A DNA stretch of 64,000 nucleotides from Dehalococcoidia bacterium (GCA_965208795.1 CBDBPQ010000001.1:21895-85894); one strand, 5' to 3'; positions 35,936-45,573 are shown, counted from the stretch's first letter. Translations and numbers: made by a program. Notes: a model not told the origin generated them from the sequence alone.

Positions 35936-36343
35936 ATGATGACGACCATGCAGAAGGGCGACGCCCTACCACAGGTCCGAAAGCTTGTGGATCAGGCGAG
36001 GATCCACCGCTACGCCGAAGCGTCCGGTGACCTCAATCCGATTCACATAGACCGCGAATTTGCCGCGACTACGCAATTCGGAGGCACGATCGCGCATGGC
36101 ATGATGGTCGCCGCTACGATTTCGGAAATGATGACCGCCGCGTTCGGGGAGAATTGGCTCAGAACCGGCAAGATGAAGATTCGATTCCGCTCGCCCGTCA
36201 AGCCCGGACAGCGAGTAACGGCGCAGGGCAACCTCCGTCGCATCATCGAGGATGGAGACGCGACCCGAGTCGTCTGCGCCGTATCGGTAGTCGCAGAAGA
36301 CGGACAGACGGCAATCTCGGGAACGGCTGAGGTGGCGGTGTAA
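35936..36343 (+). CDS. MaoC-like (R)-specific enoyl/hydroxyacyl dehydratase, catalytic subunit (HadB-like)
   Basis: YAEASGDLNPIHIDREFAATTQFGGTIAHGMM matches the hydratase 2 motif. Start at ATG 35936, directly after the upstream stop. Confidence 0.8.
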   Translation: MMTTMQKGDALPQVRKLVDQARIHRYAEASGDLNPIHIDREFAATTQFGGTIAHGMMVAATISEMMTAAFGENWLRTGKMKIRFRSPVKPGQRVTAQGNLRRIIEDGDATRVVCAVSVVAEDGQTAISGTAEVAV

Positions 36344-36398
36344 TTTCGGCTGGGCGGATCGAAAGTCGGCGATTGAGCGAGAATGAGATGATTGGAGA

Positions 36399-37412
36399 GT
36401 GGCCGCTTTGACTTCCGATACGAAAATGGTACGCATCGCGCTCGACGCGATGGGTGGCGACAACGCTCCCCAGGCCGGCGTGGAAGCCGCTGTCCGGTTC
36501 GCCGCCGCGGGAAACGGCCAGGTGATGCTTGTGGGTGATCCCGACGCCGTGGGAGCGGAGCTCGCGAAGCACGAAGCGTCCCGCCTTCCCGTTGGAGTCG
36601 TCCCCAGCGACGGCGTGATTGGCGAAGGCGAATCGCCCGCGCTTGCGCTGCGGCAGAAGCCACGCGCCTCGATACTCGTCGCTACCGGCGCGGTCAAGGC
36701 CGGCCAAGTCGATGCCTGCGTGACGATGGGTTCCACCGGAGCCGCGATGGCCGCCTCCGCGGTGCTTCTCGGCATGGCGAAGGGCGTCGAACGCCCTGCG
36801 CTTGGCGGCCCCATCGTCGGAGTCGCCCCCAACGCCTGCATCATAGACCTCGGCACTAACGTTGACTGTCGCCCGCGACAACTGCTCAGCTTTGGCGCCA
36901 TCGGAGACGTCTTCGCCCGCGCCTTCTTCGGCTCCGACGACCCGCGCATCGCCCTGCTGAGCGTCGGCGCCGAGGCCGGCAAGGGCAACCGACAAGTGCG
37001 TGAGACTACCGAGTTGTTCGAGGCGAGCGGCCTCAACTTCATCGGCAACATCGAGGCGAACGACGTGCCGAAGGGTGAGGCTGAAGTCGTTGTTTGCGAC
37101 GGCTTCGTCGGCAACATTGTCCTCAAGCTGATCGAGGGTTTGGGACGCGAGCTTAGCGACCATCTGCGCGCGCGGCTCGAAGGCAAACTCCCCGCCGATG
37201 AACTGGACGCGCTCGCAAAAGAAATCTACGACCTCCATAACGTAGTCGAAACGCGCGGCGGAGGTCCCTTATTCGGCGTAAACGGCGTCAGCGTCGTTGG
37301 ACACGGCGCGGCGAATGCCGACGCCATCCTGCGCGCCTTGGAAACCGCTAAACTCGCCGTAGAAACCTCGTTCGTAGAAAAAATGAATCAGCAGCTGGAA
37401 GTGCTGGAGTAG
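36399..37412 (+). CDS. plsX: phosphate acyltransferase PlsX
   Basis: RIALDAMGGDNAP, VTMGSTGA, VVVCDGFVGNIVLK, GGGPLFGVNGVSVVGHG. Confidence 0.9.
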   Translation: MAALTSDTKMVRIALDAMGGDNAPQAGVEAAVRFAAAGNGQVMLVGDPDAVGAELAKHEASRLPVGVVPSDGVIGEGESPALALRQKPRASILVATGAVKAGQVDACVTMGSTGAAMAASAVLLGMAKGVERPALGGPIVGVAPNACIIDLGTNVDCRPRQLLSFGAIGDVFARAFFGSDDPRIALLSVGAEAGKGNRQVRETTELFEASGLNFIGNIEANDVPKGEAEVVVCDGFVGNIVLKLIEGLGRELSDHLRARLEGKLPADELDALAKEIYDLHNVVETRGGGPLFGVNGVSVVGHGAANADAILRALETAKLAVETSFVEKMNQQLEVLE

Positions 37413-37417
37413 AAACA

Positions 37418-38170
37418 TTGTCAAAGTCCGACATAGAGGGAAGATATGCCCTGGTTACCGGCGCGTCGAAGGGCATCGGCAGGGCGGTAGCCTACCGCCT
37501 CGCAGAACTGGGCGTCCACGTCGCCGTCAACTACAACAGCTCCCCCGACTCCGCCGATGAGACGGTCCAAAACCTCCACGAACTCGGCGTCGAGGCGTTC
37601 CCCGTCCAGGCCGACGTAGGCGATCTGGAACAGGTTACGCGCATGGTGGACGAGACGACCGAGCGTTTTGGTCGGATAGATATCCTGGTCAACAACGCCG
37701 GCATCATCAGCGACAGTCTGCTCGTCCGAATGAGCGATGCCGCGTGGGACAACGTGATTGCCACCAACCTGAACGGTACCTTCTACTGCACCCGCGCCGT
37801 CGTCCGGCAGATGATCCGCAGGCGGTGGGGACGTATCATCAACATCGGCTCCGTCGTCGGCATACGCGGCAACATCGGCCAGGTCAACTATTCGGCGTCC
37901 AAGGCCGGCATCATTGGCTTCACCAAGGCGCTCGCCAAGGAAGTAGCCAGGCGCGGCATCACGGTCAACACCGTAACGCCCGGATATATCAGCACCGATA
38001 CCGTTGACGTGCTGCCCCAGAAGACCAAAGACACCATTCTGACCTGGATTCCCCAAGGCCACTTCGGAGAAGTTGACGACGTTGCCCACCTCGTAGCCTT
38101 CATCGCCAGCGAAAAGGCCAAGTACATGACAGGACAGATCGTCAGCGTAGATGGCGGCATGGCAATCTAG
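37418..38170 (+). CDS. fabG: 3-oxoacyl-ACP reductase FabG
   Basis: ALVTGASKGIGRA, NNAGI, YSASKAG, PGYISTD, GQIVSVDGGMA. Position after plsX. Confidence 0.85.
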   Translation: MSKSDIEGRYALVTGASKGIGRAVAYRLAELGVHVAVNYNSSPDSADETVQNLHELGVEAFPVQADVGDLEQVTRMVDETTERFGRIDILVNNAGIISDSLLVRMSDAAWDNVIATNLNGTFYCTRAVVRQMIRRRWGRIINIGSVVGIRGNIGQVNYSASKAGIIGFTKALAKEVARRGITVNTVTPGYISTDTVDVLPQKTKDTILTWIPQGHFGEVDDVAHLVAFIASEKAKYMTGQIVSVDGGMAI

Positions 38171-38174
38171 CGTC

Positions 38175-38933
38175 ATGACCGACCTGCGCGGAAAGATTGC
38201 CCTGGTTACCGGCGGCTCGCGCGGCATCGGGAGAGCCATCGCGCTCGAACTCGCCGGACGAGGCGCTTCCATCGCCTTCAATTACCTTCGCAACCACCGC
38301 GCCGCCGCCGAAGCCGTGGACGAAATAGAGTCGCTCGGAGTCCGCTGCCTGCGAGTGCGCGCCCATCTGGGAGACGAGAGTAAGATAACGCAGCTGTTCG
38401 ATGCCGTTCAGGATGAGTATGGCAAGCTGGACATCCTCATCAACAACGCCGCATCCGGCGTCCAGCGCGCCGCCGTTGACCTCGAAGCGCGCCACTGGGA
38501 CTGGACGATGAACGTCAACGCCCGCGCCGCCTGGCTGTGCGCCGTCGAAGCGTCCAAACTAATGCCCAACGGCGGCCACGTCGTCAACATCACCAGCGAG
38601 GGTTCGCGCCGAGTGCTGCCGTACTACTTCTCTGTCGGCGTGTCCAAAGCGGCGCTGGAGGCTGTAACTCGTTACTTGGCCGTAGAACTGGCGCCGCAAG
38701 GAATATCCGTCAACGCCGTATCCGGCGGCTACGTGGACACCGGCGCCCTGGACCACTTCCCCACCAAAGAAGAGATGCTCGAATCAGGACGCAGCAACCC
38801 CGTCGGTCGCATGGTAACGTCACGGGACATTGCCCTCGTCGTAGCCTTCCTATGCTCCCCGGAAGCCGAAATGATACGCGGCCAAACGATAGTCGTGGAT
38901 GGGGGAGTAACCCTCAAGGCAAACGACGCCTGA
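38175..38933 (+). CDS. fabL: enoyl-ACP reductase FabL-like SDR
   Basis: Long collinear similarity to my recollection of B. subtilis FabL: NNAASGV..., HWDWTMNVNA, VGVSKAALEA.TRYLAVEL.P.GI.VNAVSGG..DT.AL.HFP..E..LE, MIRGQTI.VDGG. Confidence 0.75.
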   Translation: MTDLRGKIALVTGGSRGIGRAIALELAGRGASIAFNYLRNHRAAAEAVDEIESLGVRCLRVRAHLGDESKITQLFDAVQDEYGKLDILINNAASGVQRAAVDLEARHWDWTMNVNARAAWLCAVEASKLMPNGGHVVNITSEGSRRVLPYYFSVGVSKAALEAVTRYLAVELAPQGISVNAVSGGYVDTGALDHFPTKEEMLESGRSNPVGRMVTSRDIALVVAFLCSPEAEMIRGQTIVVDGGVTLKANDA

Positions 38934-38980
38934 GGCGCGGCGACCTCAAGTGTGGTTGCGACCCGTCAACCGGCGGATGA

Positions 38981-39169
38981 TTAGTGAGTATGGGACTGCT
39001 GCTTTAGAACCTCAGCTAGAGTGCCGTTGGCCCCTTCCAAGCGCGCCTGCTCCCGCTCGACATCGCTGATCCGCTCGCTGAAACTCCGCATGAACGCCAA
39101 TAGCGTAATCATGTTGGCAATGAAGCCAAGCCCAAGCGCCACCACTATAGCTATTTCTCCGGTGTCCAT
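38981..39169 (-). CDS. small single-pass membrane protein (hypothetical)
   Basis: One TM (IAIVVALGLGFIANMITLLAF) plus a short coiled tail. Lies 21 nt downstream of ygfZ. No clear SD. Confidence 0.25.
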   Translation of the reverse strand: MDTGEIAIVVALGLGFIANMITLLAFMRSFSERISDVEREQARLEGANGTLAEVLKQQSHTH

Positions 39170-39189
39170 CGAGTGTCTGCGTCAGACAG

Positions 39190-40170
39190 TTAAAAGGCCG
39201 GCTCGTCCGGAGGCCTGATGTCCTTGACCGTTGCCCCGGTCCCGTCAACCGTAACCCGCGCGCCATCCTCGTACACCCGCTTTCGCAGATATGCCAGCGC
39301 GAGGCCGGGCGCAGACGTCGTAACATCCCCAACATTCGCGTCATCCACCATAACCGCCGCCCCAACTTCCAGCGTCGCCCCATCGTCCACTACCAGCTGG
39401 CACAACCACCGTTGCACCCTGTCGTAAGTATTCAGCCGCGCCACCACCTCCTGCCCTATGTAGCAGCCCTTGTTGAAGCTGATGTGCGGCTTTAGGTTCG
39501 CCTCGAGGGGGTTGTGCGCCTCGTTCAACTCGTTTGGATAGGCCGGGACGCCCTGCTCGATTCGCAGCAGTTCCAAGTCTCCGGGTTGGAGCGCGTCGGC
39601 GTCCGGCGGATTAGCGTCGATTGGGGATATGACCTCGTATGCGGCGACGTTCCCTAACTGCGCGCGAACTATGGTAACGTCCCCAACGGCGCGGTGGTCC
39701 AGATACTCGCGCAGGCCATCCGCGTCCAATCTTGCCCTATCCGCCGCGTCCGCGCCGACGATTAGCCAGTGGGCTGTATCGCCGGTCACATCCTCTACCT
39801 CCACGTCCTCTGCGAAAGTGTAGAAATCTATCCACTCGGCCACGCGCCGCTGGGTGCCGGGGCTGGTAAGTACCAGCAGGTCCCTGTCGCGTCGCAGAAC
39901 GCGAAGCAGGTCTATGATGCGACCCTTGTTCGTCGTCAGCGCCGTGCCCATGCCGCGCCCGACCTCCAGTTGTTCGAGGTCGTTTGTGGAAAGCCTGTTG
40001 AGCAGGTCTATCGCGTCATCCCCGCTCACGCGCAATCTGCCGGAGTCTGAGACATCGAATGCCGCTGCGCGAGACTCGAGGCGCCGCGTTAGAGCGGGTG
40101 TGTCGCGGGTAGTGGCGTCTGCAACCACTGCGCTCTCCGCTACACGCTGAACGACGTGCCGCAGCCGCAC
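39190..40170 (-). CDS. ygfZ: folate-binding Fe-S cluster protein YgfZ (GcvT-like)
   Basis: Signature FNKGCYIGQEVVARL and a GcvT-like N-domain. Start is uncertain (GTG 40170 overlaps erpA; GTG 40128 is an alternative). Confidence 0.7.
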   Translation of the reverse strand: MRLRHVVQRVAESAVVADATTRDTPALTRRLESRAAAFDVSDSGRLRVSGDDAIDLLNRLSTNDLEQLEVGRGMGTALTTNKGRIIDLLRVLRRDRDLLVLTSPGTQRRVAEWIDFYTFAEDVEVEDVTGDTAHWLIVGADAADRARLDADGLREYLDHRAVGDVTIVRAQLGNVAAYEVISPIDANPPDADALQPGDLELLRIEQGVPAYPNELNEAHNPLEANLKPHISFNKGCYIGQEVVARLNTYDRVQRWLCQLVVDDGATLEVGAAVMVDDANVGDVTTSAPGLALAYLRKRVYEDGARVTVDGTGATVKDIRPPDEPAF

Positions 40171-40490
40171 GTCGTCTTGGCGTTCGGGTTGTTGAACACG
40201 AAACCCTTGCCGTTCAGCCCGCCGGAGTACTCCAGCACCGTGCCCGCCAGGAAGATGTAAGACTTGCGATCCACGAAGAGCTCCATGCCGTGCTCTTCGA
40301 TGATCTTGTCATCCTCTTTCGGCTCGTTCACCAGGTCGAGCATGTAGGTCATCCCGGCGCATCCGCCGCCCTTCACGGCGACGCGCAAGTTCGCGTCCGG
40401 CATCCCGGATTGCTCCGCGAACGCGCGCACATGCTTGGCGGCGTCCTTGTCTATGCTGATCGTCAGCGGCGCTGGCATCGTCTTCGGCAT
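40140..40490 (-). CDS. erpA: A-type iron-sulfur carrier (ErpA/IscA, HesB family)
   Basis: LRVAVKGGGCAGMTY ... NPNAKTTCGCGTSFSV C-terminus. Confidence 0.85.
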   Translation of the reverse strand: MPKTMPAPLTISIDKDAAKHVRAFAEQSGMPDANLRVAVKGGGCAGMTYMLDLVNEPKEDDKIIEEHGMELFVDRKSYIFLAGTVLEYSGGLNGKGFVFNNPNAKTTCGCGTSFSV

Positions 40491-40547
40491 CGCTTCACCT
40501 TCCCGAATCCCCAGAATCCATCTAATATGTAGAGTCTATCACACTAA

Positions 40548-40576
40548 ATCTTACTAGGTATTGAAACGCCCGTCAA
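40548..40576 (-). promoter_or_regulatory. sigma70-like promoter for erpA-ygfZ
   Basis: On the minus strand: TTGACG (40576-71), 17 nt, TAAGAT (40553-48). Confidence 0.4.
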
Positions 40577-40592
40577 TTTATTTGGCGCAGGG

Positions 40593-40621
40593 TTGCGTTC
40601 TGCGTCTCTTTTGGCTATATT
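40593..40621 (+). promoter_or_regulatory. sigma70-like promoter for ABC ATPase pair
   Basis: TTGCGT (40593-98), 17 nt, TATATT (40616-21). SD GGAAGGAG before ATG 40691. Confidence 0.4.
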
Positions 40622-40690
40622 GGGCAAGCTAGGTTGACAGAGACTAGGTAGCGGACGGGTTGTAAAGATGGATGGAAGGAGCGGATTGGT

Positions 40691-41716
40691 ATGACGACTT
40701 CCAACGGAAACATCGGCGAAGTGGTTCTGGACGTTCGGGATCTCAGAACGTACTTCGTAACGCGCTGGGGCGTTGTCAAAGCGGTCGATGGCGTGAGCTT
40801 CCAGCTCAGGCGAGGCGAGACGCTTGGCATTGTCGGAGAGTCAGGGTCCGGCAAGTCCGTCACAACCCTGTCGGTCATGCGCCTGGTGCCGTCGCCTCCG
40901 GGACATATCGTAGGCGGCCAGGTTTTCCTCGAGGGAGAGGACATCCTCACCCTTAGCGAAGGCGACATGGAACAGGTTCGCGGCAGCCGGATCGGCATGG
41001 TTCTTCAGGATCCGATGACCGCGCTGAACCCGGTCTTCGACATCGAAGACCAGGTAGGCGAGGCGCTCAAGATCCACAAAGGGCTCGGCGGCGAGGCGCT
41101 GAAAGACACTGTGATAGATATGCTGCGAAAGGTGCGAATTCCCGCGCCCGACGTCCGCATCAAGGACTACCCGCACCAGTTGTCGGGCGGCATGAGGCAG
41201 CGCGTAGTCGGCGCCATCGGAATCTCCTGCGACCCGGTCGTACTGATCGCGGACGAGCCGACCACTTCACTCGACGCGACGATTCAGGCTCAGTACCTGA
41301 GACTGCTACGCGAACTCCAGGAGTCCACCGGCGTTGGCATCATATTCATCACGCACGACTTCGGGATCGTCGCCAAGATGTGCGACCGCGTGGCGGTGAT
41401 GTACGCCGGCAAGATCGTCGAACAGGGCGATGTCCGGCAGATATTCAACAACCCCTCGCATCCCTACACCGAGGCGCTGATCCAGTCCGTGCCGAAGATG
41501 GAGGTAACCGAGGAGCGGCTGTACTCGATTCCGGGTTCGCCCCCCGCGCTGTGGGATCTGCCCCAGGGCTGCTCCTTCGCGCCGCGCTGCCGGTACGTGC
41601 ACGACAGGTGCATGGAAGAGTATCCGCCCGGGTTCACGGTTGACGAAGGGCAGTACGCGGCTTGTTGGCTAAGAGAGTCCGAGGGCGCGCAGGTAACCGC
41701 CGCCGCTGGCGACTGA
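40691..41716 (+). CDS. ABC transporter ATP-binding protein (OppD/DppD-like)
   Basis: [34 protein letters not shown]. Confidence 0.9.
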   Translation: MTTSNGNIGEVVLDVRDLRTYFVTRWGVVKAVDGVSFQLRRGETLGIVGESGSGKSVTTLSVMRLVPSPPGHIVGGQVFLEGEDILTLSEGDMEQVRGSRIGMVLQDPMTALNPVFDIEDQVGEALKIHKGLGGEALKDTVIDMLRKVRIPAPDVRIKDYPHQLSGGMRQRVVGAIGISCDPVVLIADEPTTSLDATIQAQYLRLLRELQESTGVGIIFITHDFGIVAKMCDRVAVMYAGKIVEQGDVRQIFNNPSHPYTEALIQSVPKMEVTEERLYSIPGSPPALWDLPQGCSFAPRCRYVHDRCMEEYPPGFTVDEGQYAACWLRESEGAQVTAAAGD

Positions 41717-41739
41717 TTCTAACTGAGAGGTAGCGAACT

Positions 41740-42720
41740 ATGGCAAGCAACAACGGCAACGGCGCTTTGCTGGAAGTCCGGGACTTGAAGAAGCACTTCC
41801 CCGTAGGCTCCGGCTTTTTGGCGCGCAACAAAGCGATACTCAAGGCCGTGGACGGCATCAACTTCCAGATCGAGGAGGGCAAGACCTACGGACTCGTGGG
41901 CGAGTCAGGTTGCGGCAAGTCCACCACCGCTAAGGTGATTCTCCAGCTCGAAGAGCCGACCGACGGAACTTTCCTGTTCGCCGGCGAAGATGTGCCCACG
42001 TTCAACCGGGATCAGAACAGAGAGTACAAATCCAACGTCCAGGCGGTCTTCCAGGACCCGTGGGCGTCGCTCAATCCCAGGATGCGTGTCGGCAGCATCA
42101 TCGGCGAGCCGCTGGAAGTCAACAGCACTTGGACCAAGAACGAGATACGCACCCGCGTCGGCGACCTGCTTACCGAGGTTGGTCTGCAGGAATACCAGGC
42201 GAACCTGTTCCCGCACGAATTCTCCGGCGGCCAGCGCCAGCGCATCGGCGTAGCCAGGGCGCTCGCGCTCAATCCCAAGCTCATCATCCTGGATGAGCCT
42301 GTCTCCGCGCTAGACGTCTCCATTCGCGCGCAGATCATGAACTTGCTCGAAGACCTTCAGGACGAACACAACCTCACCTATCTGCTCATCGCGCACCACC
42401 TCGCCACAGTGCGGTACATGTGCGACAAGGTAGGCGTCATGTACCTGGGCCGCATAGTTGAGGAGGCTGAGACTGAGGAGTTGTACGACAACCCGCTGCA
42501 CCCCTACACGCGGGCGCTGATGTCTGCCGCTCTGCCGTCGCACCCCGACATCGATCGTGAAGAGATCATACTGGCTGGCGAGGTGCCCTCGCCGGTGGAT
42601 CCGCCCGATGGGTGTCACTTCCACGAGCGCTGCCCATCCGTGTTCGAGCCATGCTCCACACAGGAGCCGGTGGAGTCGCAGCCCGTTCCCGGACACCGCG
42701 TGGTCTGCCACCTCTACTAG
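41740..42720 (+). CDS. ABC transporter ATP-binding protein (OppF/DppF-like)
   Basis: [35 protein letters not shown]. Confidence 0.9.
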   Translation: MASNNGNGALLEVRDLKKHFPVGSGFLARNKAILKAVDGINFQIEEGKTYGLVGESGCGKSTTAKVILQLEEPTDGTFLFAGEDVPTFNRDQNREYKSNVQAVFQDPWASLNPRMRVGSIIGEPLEVNSTWTKNEIRTRVGDLLTEVGLQEYQANLFPHEFSGGQRQRIGVARALALNPKLIILDEPVSALDVSIRAQIMNLLEDLQDEHNLTYLLIAHHLATVRYMCDKVGVMYLGRIVEEAETEELYDNPLHPYTRALMSAALPSHPDIDREEIILAGEVPSPVDPPDGCHFHERCPSVFEPCSTQEPVESQPVPGHRVVCHLY

Positions 42721-42823
42721 CAGCCACCCGACAGCCAATATCCAGGTGTCTAATCTAGGGCGCGCCGTTCAACGCATCGGCGCGCCCAACTAGCTTAAGA
42801 ACTCAACGGAGACCTGAATCGCC

Positions 42824-44869
42824 ATGAGACGATCCCTATCCACCATGACGTTCGCGCTCGCCTGCCTCGTTCTCACCCTCGCAATCGCCTGCTCTGACGA
42901 CACCGCCGCCCCCGCTCCCTCCGCGACCGCGCCGCCTGTGCCGACCAGCCTACCATCTCCCGCTCCCGCGCCGACGGCGGAACCCACGGTCGCGCCGGCT
43001 CCAACCCCTACGCCCCTTCCGGTAGGCAGCACGCAAGCGCAAGCCGCCGGAGCCGCCCAGTCGCCCGTTGGCGGCCCCACTGATCCTCCCGTTCCCAGCG
43101 GGCTGATCGAAATCCCCACCATTCACACCTACCGAATCGGAAGCTCGCCCACAGGCATTATGTTCGATGGCGAGGCTGTCTGGGTTGCGAGTACGGCAGA
43201 AGACACCGTCCAGCGCATCCCATTCGACGGCCCGAACGCGGACGGCGCTCTCACCGTTCCGTTGCCCGACTTCTATCCCCGCGCCATTGCGCACGATGGC
43301 GATACCCTCTGGGTCGCCACCTTCTTCGCCCTCCGCGTCCTCAACGAGGACTACGAGAGAGTCGGCAGCTACCGCGCCGGACGTCGCCCCGCCGCCCTCG
43401 AATACTTCGACGGCTACATCTTCGCCACCAACAAGGCAGACGGAACCGTCACCGCGATCGCCCTCCCCCAGAAGATTCGCGAGCTTGGCGGACGGTTGCC
43501 CGCCGGCGTCCCCGCAGACCAAACCGCGCCTGCGCCAATCGGCAACTACCGAGTCGGCGCCAACCCGTCCGCCATGGAGTGGGACGGCTCCGCGCTGTGG
43601 GTATCCAACTACCACGACAACAACGTGATGAAGCTAAGGCCCTGGGACGGCGAGATTCTGGCGACTGTCGAAGTTGGCGAAGGTCCAAAGGGGATGACCT
43701 TTGATGGCGACCACCTCTGGGTCGTGGCCGCGCTCGAAGGCTCGGTCGCCAAGCTGTCGCCCGACGGCTCGATCGTCGCCACCTACGACGTGGGCGCGCT
43801 GCCCGCCGACGTCGAGTTCGACGGAGAAAGCGTTTGGATATCCAACCGCCAGAGTGAAACGGTCAGCCGTATGAGCCTTGACGGCCGGAACCTCGGCTCG
43901 TTCCACCTCGGCAGGCCGCCCGGCGATATGGTGTACGACGGCAACGCCCTGTGGGTGCTGCACGAAGGATCAGACGCCATCTCGCGCCTCACCATGGACG
44001 GCGTAACTTCCGAGACGTTCCCCGTCGGCGACGCGCCCGTGCCGATAGTATTCGACGGTGAAGCGATATGGGTGGCCAACGCCCTCGACGGAACGGTGAT
44101 GAAAGTGTCGCTAGACGGCGCGGTGCTGGACGAGATGAAGGTCGGAACAGAGCCGAACGCCATGGCTTTCGATGGCGAATCTGTCTGGACCGCGAACATG
44201 ACGGGGACGACGGCGACCCGCGTCGGGCAGACTGCCGCAGACCACATGGACGTCGAGATAGGGATAGTCCCCCGCGCCGCCACCTTCGACGGAGAGCGCG
44301 TCTGGATAGCGTCCTACGTCCAGGACACGCTCACCGTTATAGAGCCGGACGACGGCAGCGTGTACGGCGTATTCCCGTCGGGCAGGGCGCCGAGCGACCT
44401 TATACACGCCGAGGGCTACGTGTGGGTGGCGAACGCGCGCAACGATACGGTTACGAAGATTGACACCCAAACCGGCGAAACGGTGGACGTGTTCGAGGCG
44501 GGCGATACTCCGATGGCGCTGACGTTCGACGGAGATCACGTCTGGGCCGCCAACTGGCGCGAGGGAACGATCAGCAAGCTGTCCCAGGACACCGGCGAAG
44601 TCGCTCGGTTCGACGCCGGGCCGCTGGCGTACGACTTAGTGCGAGACGCGCTGGGTCCGCTGGTGTATGGGCTGACGTTCGACGGCTCCCACGTCTGGAC
44701 CGCCAACAGCGCGGACGGGACGGTATCCCGTATGAACCTGGATGGCGAGGTTGTGGCAACGTATCCGGTAGGCGCCGGTCCGGCCCTACTGGAGTTCGAC
44801 GGCCAAAGCATCTGGGTCACCAACACCTCCGACGACACCGTAACCAAGATCATCCTGCCCGGCAATTAA
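42824..44869 (+). CDS. lipoprotein with about 14 tandem beta-propeller blade repeats (FDGxxxWVxN type)
   Basis: Lipobox LAIAC and a Pro/Ala/Thr linker. About 14 repeats of roughly 42 aa follow, e.g. MFDGEAVWVASTAEDTVQRI, EWDGSALWVSNYHDNNVMKL, TFDGDHLWVVAALEGSVAKL, EFDGESVWISNRQSETVSRM, VFDGEAIWVANALDGTVMKV, TFDGSHVWTANSADGTVSRM, EFDGQSIWVTNTSDDTVTKI. Confidence 0.7.
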   Translation: MRRSLSTMTFALACLVLTLAIACSDDTAAPAPSATAPPVPTSLPSPAPAPTAEPTVAPAPTPTPLPVGSTQAQAAGAAQSPVGGPTDPPVPSGLIEIPTIHTYRIGSSPTGIMFDGEAVWVASTAEDTVQRIPFDGPNADGALTVPLPDFYPRAIAHDGDTLWVATFFALRVLNEDYERVGSYRAGRRPAALEYFDGYIFATNKADGTVTAIALPQKIRELGGRLPAGVPADQTAPAPIGNYRVGANPSAMEWDGSALWVSNYHDNNVMKLRPWDGEILATVEVGEGPKGMTFDGDHLWVVAALEGSVAKLSPDGSIVATYDVGALPADVEFDGESVWISNRQSETVSRMSLDGRNLGSFHLGRPPGDMVYDGNALWVLHEGSDAISRLTMDGVTSETFPVGDAPVPIVFDGEAIWVANALDGTVMKVSLDGAVLDEMKVGTEPNAMAFDGESVWTANMTGTTATRVGQTAADHMDVEIGIVPRAATFDGERVWIASYVQDTLTVIEPDDGSVYGVFPSGRAPSDLIHAEGYVWVANARNDTVTKIDTQTGETVDVFEAGDTPMALTFDGDHVWAANWREGTISKLSQDTGEVARFDAGPLAYDLVRDALGPLVYGLTFDGSHVWTANSADGTVSRMNLDGEVVATYPVGAGPALLEFDGQSIWVTNTSDDTVTKIILPGN

Positions 44870-44927
44870 CCCCCCGCCTCGCGACCCGTCTGGAGCAACC
44901 CTAGTGGTTGCCCAGTGCTGCGGAATC

Positions 44928-45003
44928 AACGCACAGGCGCAGAGACGTAAAGATTTCTTACTTTATCCTCTGCGTCTCTCCGCGCCCTCTGCGCCTCTGC
45001 GTT
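44928..45003. repeat. R2 inverted repeat between convergent genes
   Basis: aacgcacaggcgcagagacg (44928-47) faces cgtctct (44973-79) and ctctgcgcctctgcgtt (44987-45003). Related half-sites occur near 26050-26090, 35367-35390, 56683-56706, 60066-60090 and 11692-11745. Confidence 0.6.
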
Positions 45004-45009
45004 AAAATT

Positions 45010-45573
45010 CTAGGCTGGGTTCACCGTGAACGTGCCCACCATTGCGCCGTCGCACAGCATATCGAAGGAGCCGGTGTTGGCGGCGTTGAAGTCATAGCTC
45101 TTGCGCGCCCCCGATTCCAGCGTAAGGTCGATCTCCGTCTTTCCGGTGCCGAATGCGCCGCCCGACGCGCTAATCTGCAAACCCTCTATCTTGAACTGCA
45201 CGCTCTGCTTTTCGCCCGTAACCACGATGGACTTGGTCGCGCCCTGTCCCATCTGCCCCTCCTCGAGCGGCAGCTGCACCGCTAGGCGCACGCGGTTGCC
45301 CATCGTTACCGCAACCTCGCTCGGGTCCAGCGAACAGCCAGCGTCGTCCTTGGTCACATCCATCCTGAACTGCTCGAACGCGGTAACCGGGCTTCTGTGG
45401 AACTCCGTAGTCTCGCTGTCGTCCTGGCGCGCAGGTCGGCGATCCCCCGACTCCACGCCACACGCCATAGAGACTGCCATGGAGGCGAACGCGAGTAGTG
45501 CGATGATCGCGCCAACGAGTGGCATCTTCAAAACCGGCATCCTGAGATTGAGCTCTTTGATTCTGGTCATCAT
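45010..45573 (-). CDS. lipoprotein with cupredoxin-like fold, degenerate type-1 Cu site
   Basis: Lipobox SMAC. C-terminal GSFDMLCDGAMVGTFTV resembles G.Y.F.C...H...M.G...V, but the His is missing. Confidence 0.35.
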   Translation of the reverse strand: MMTRIKELNLRMPVLKMPLVGAIIALLAFASMAVSMACGVESGDRRPARQDDSETTEFHRSPVTAFEQFRMDVTKDDAGCSLDPSEVAVTMGNRVRLAVQLPLEEGQMGQGATKSIVVTGEKQSVQFKIEGLQISASGGAFGTGKTEIDLTLESGARKSYDFNAANTGSFDMLCDGAMVGTFTVNPA

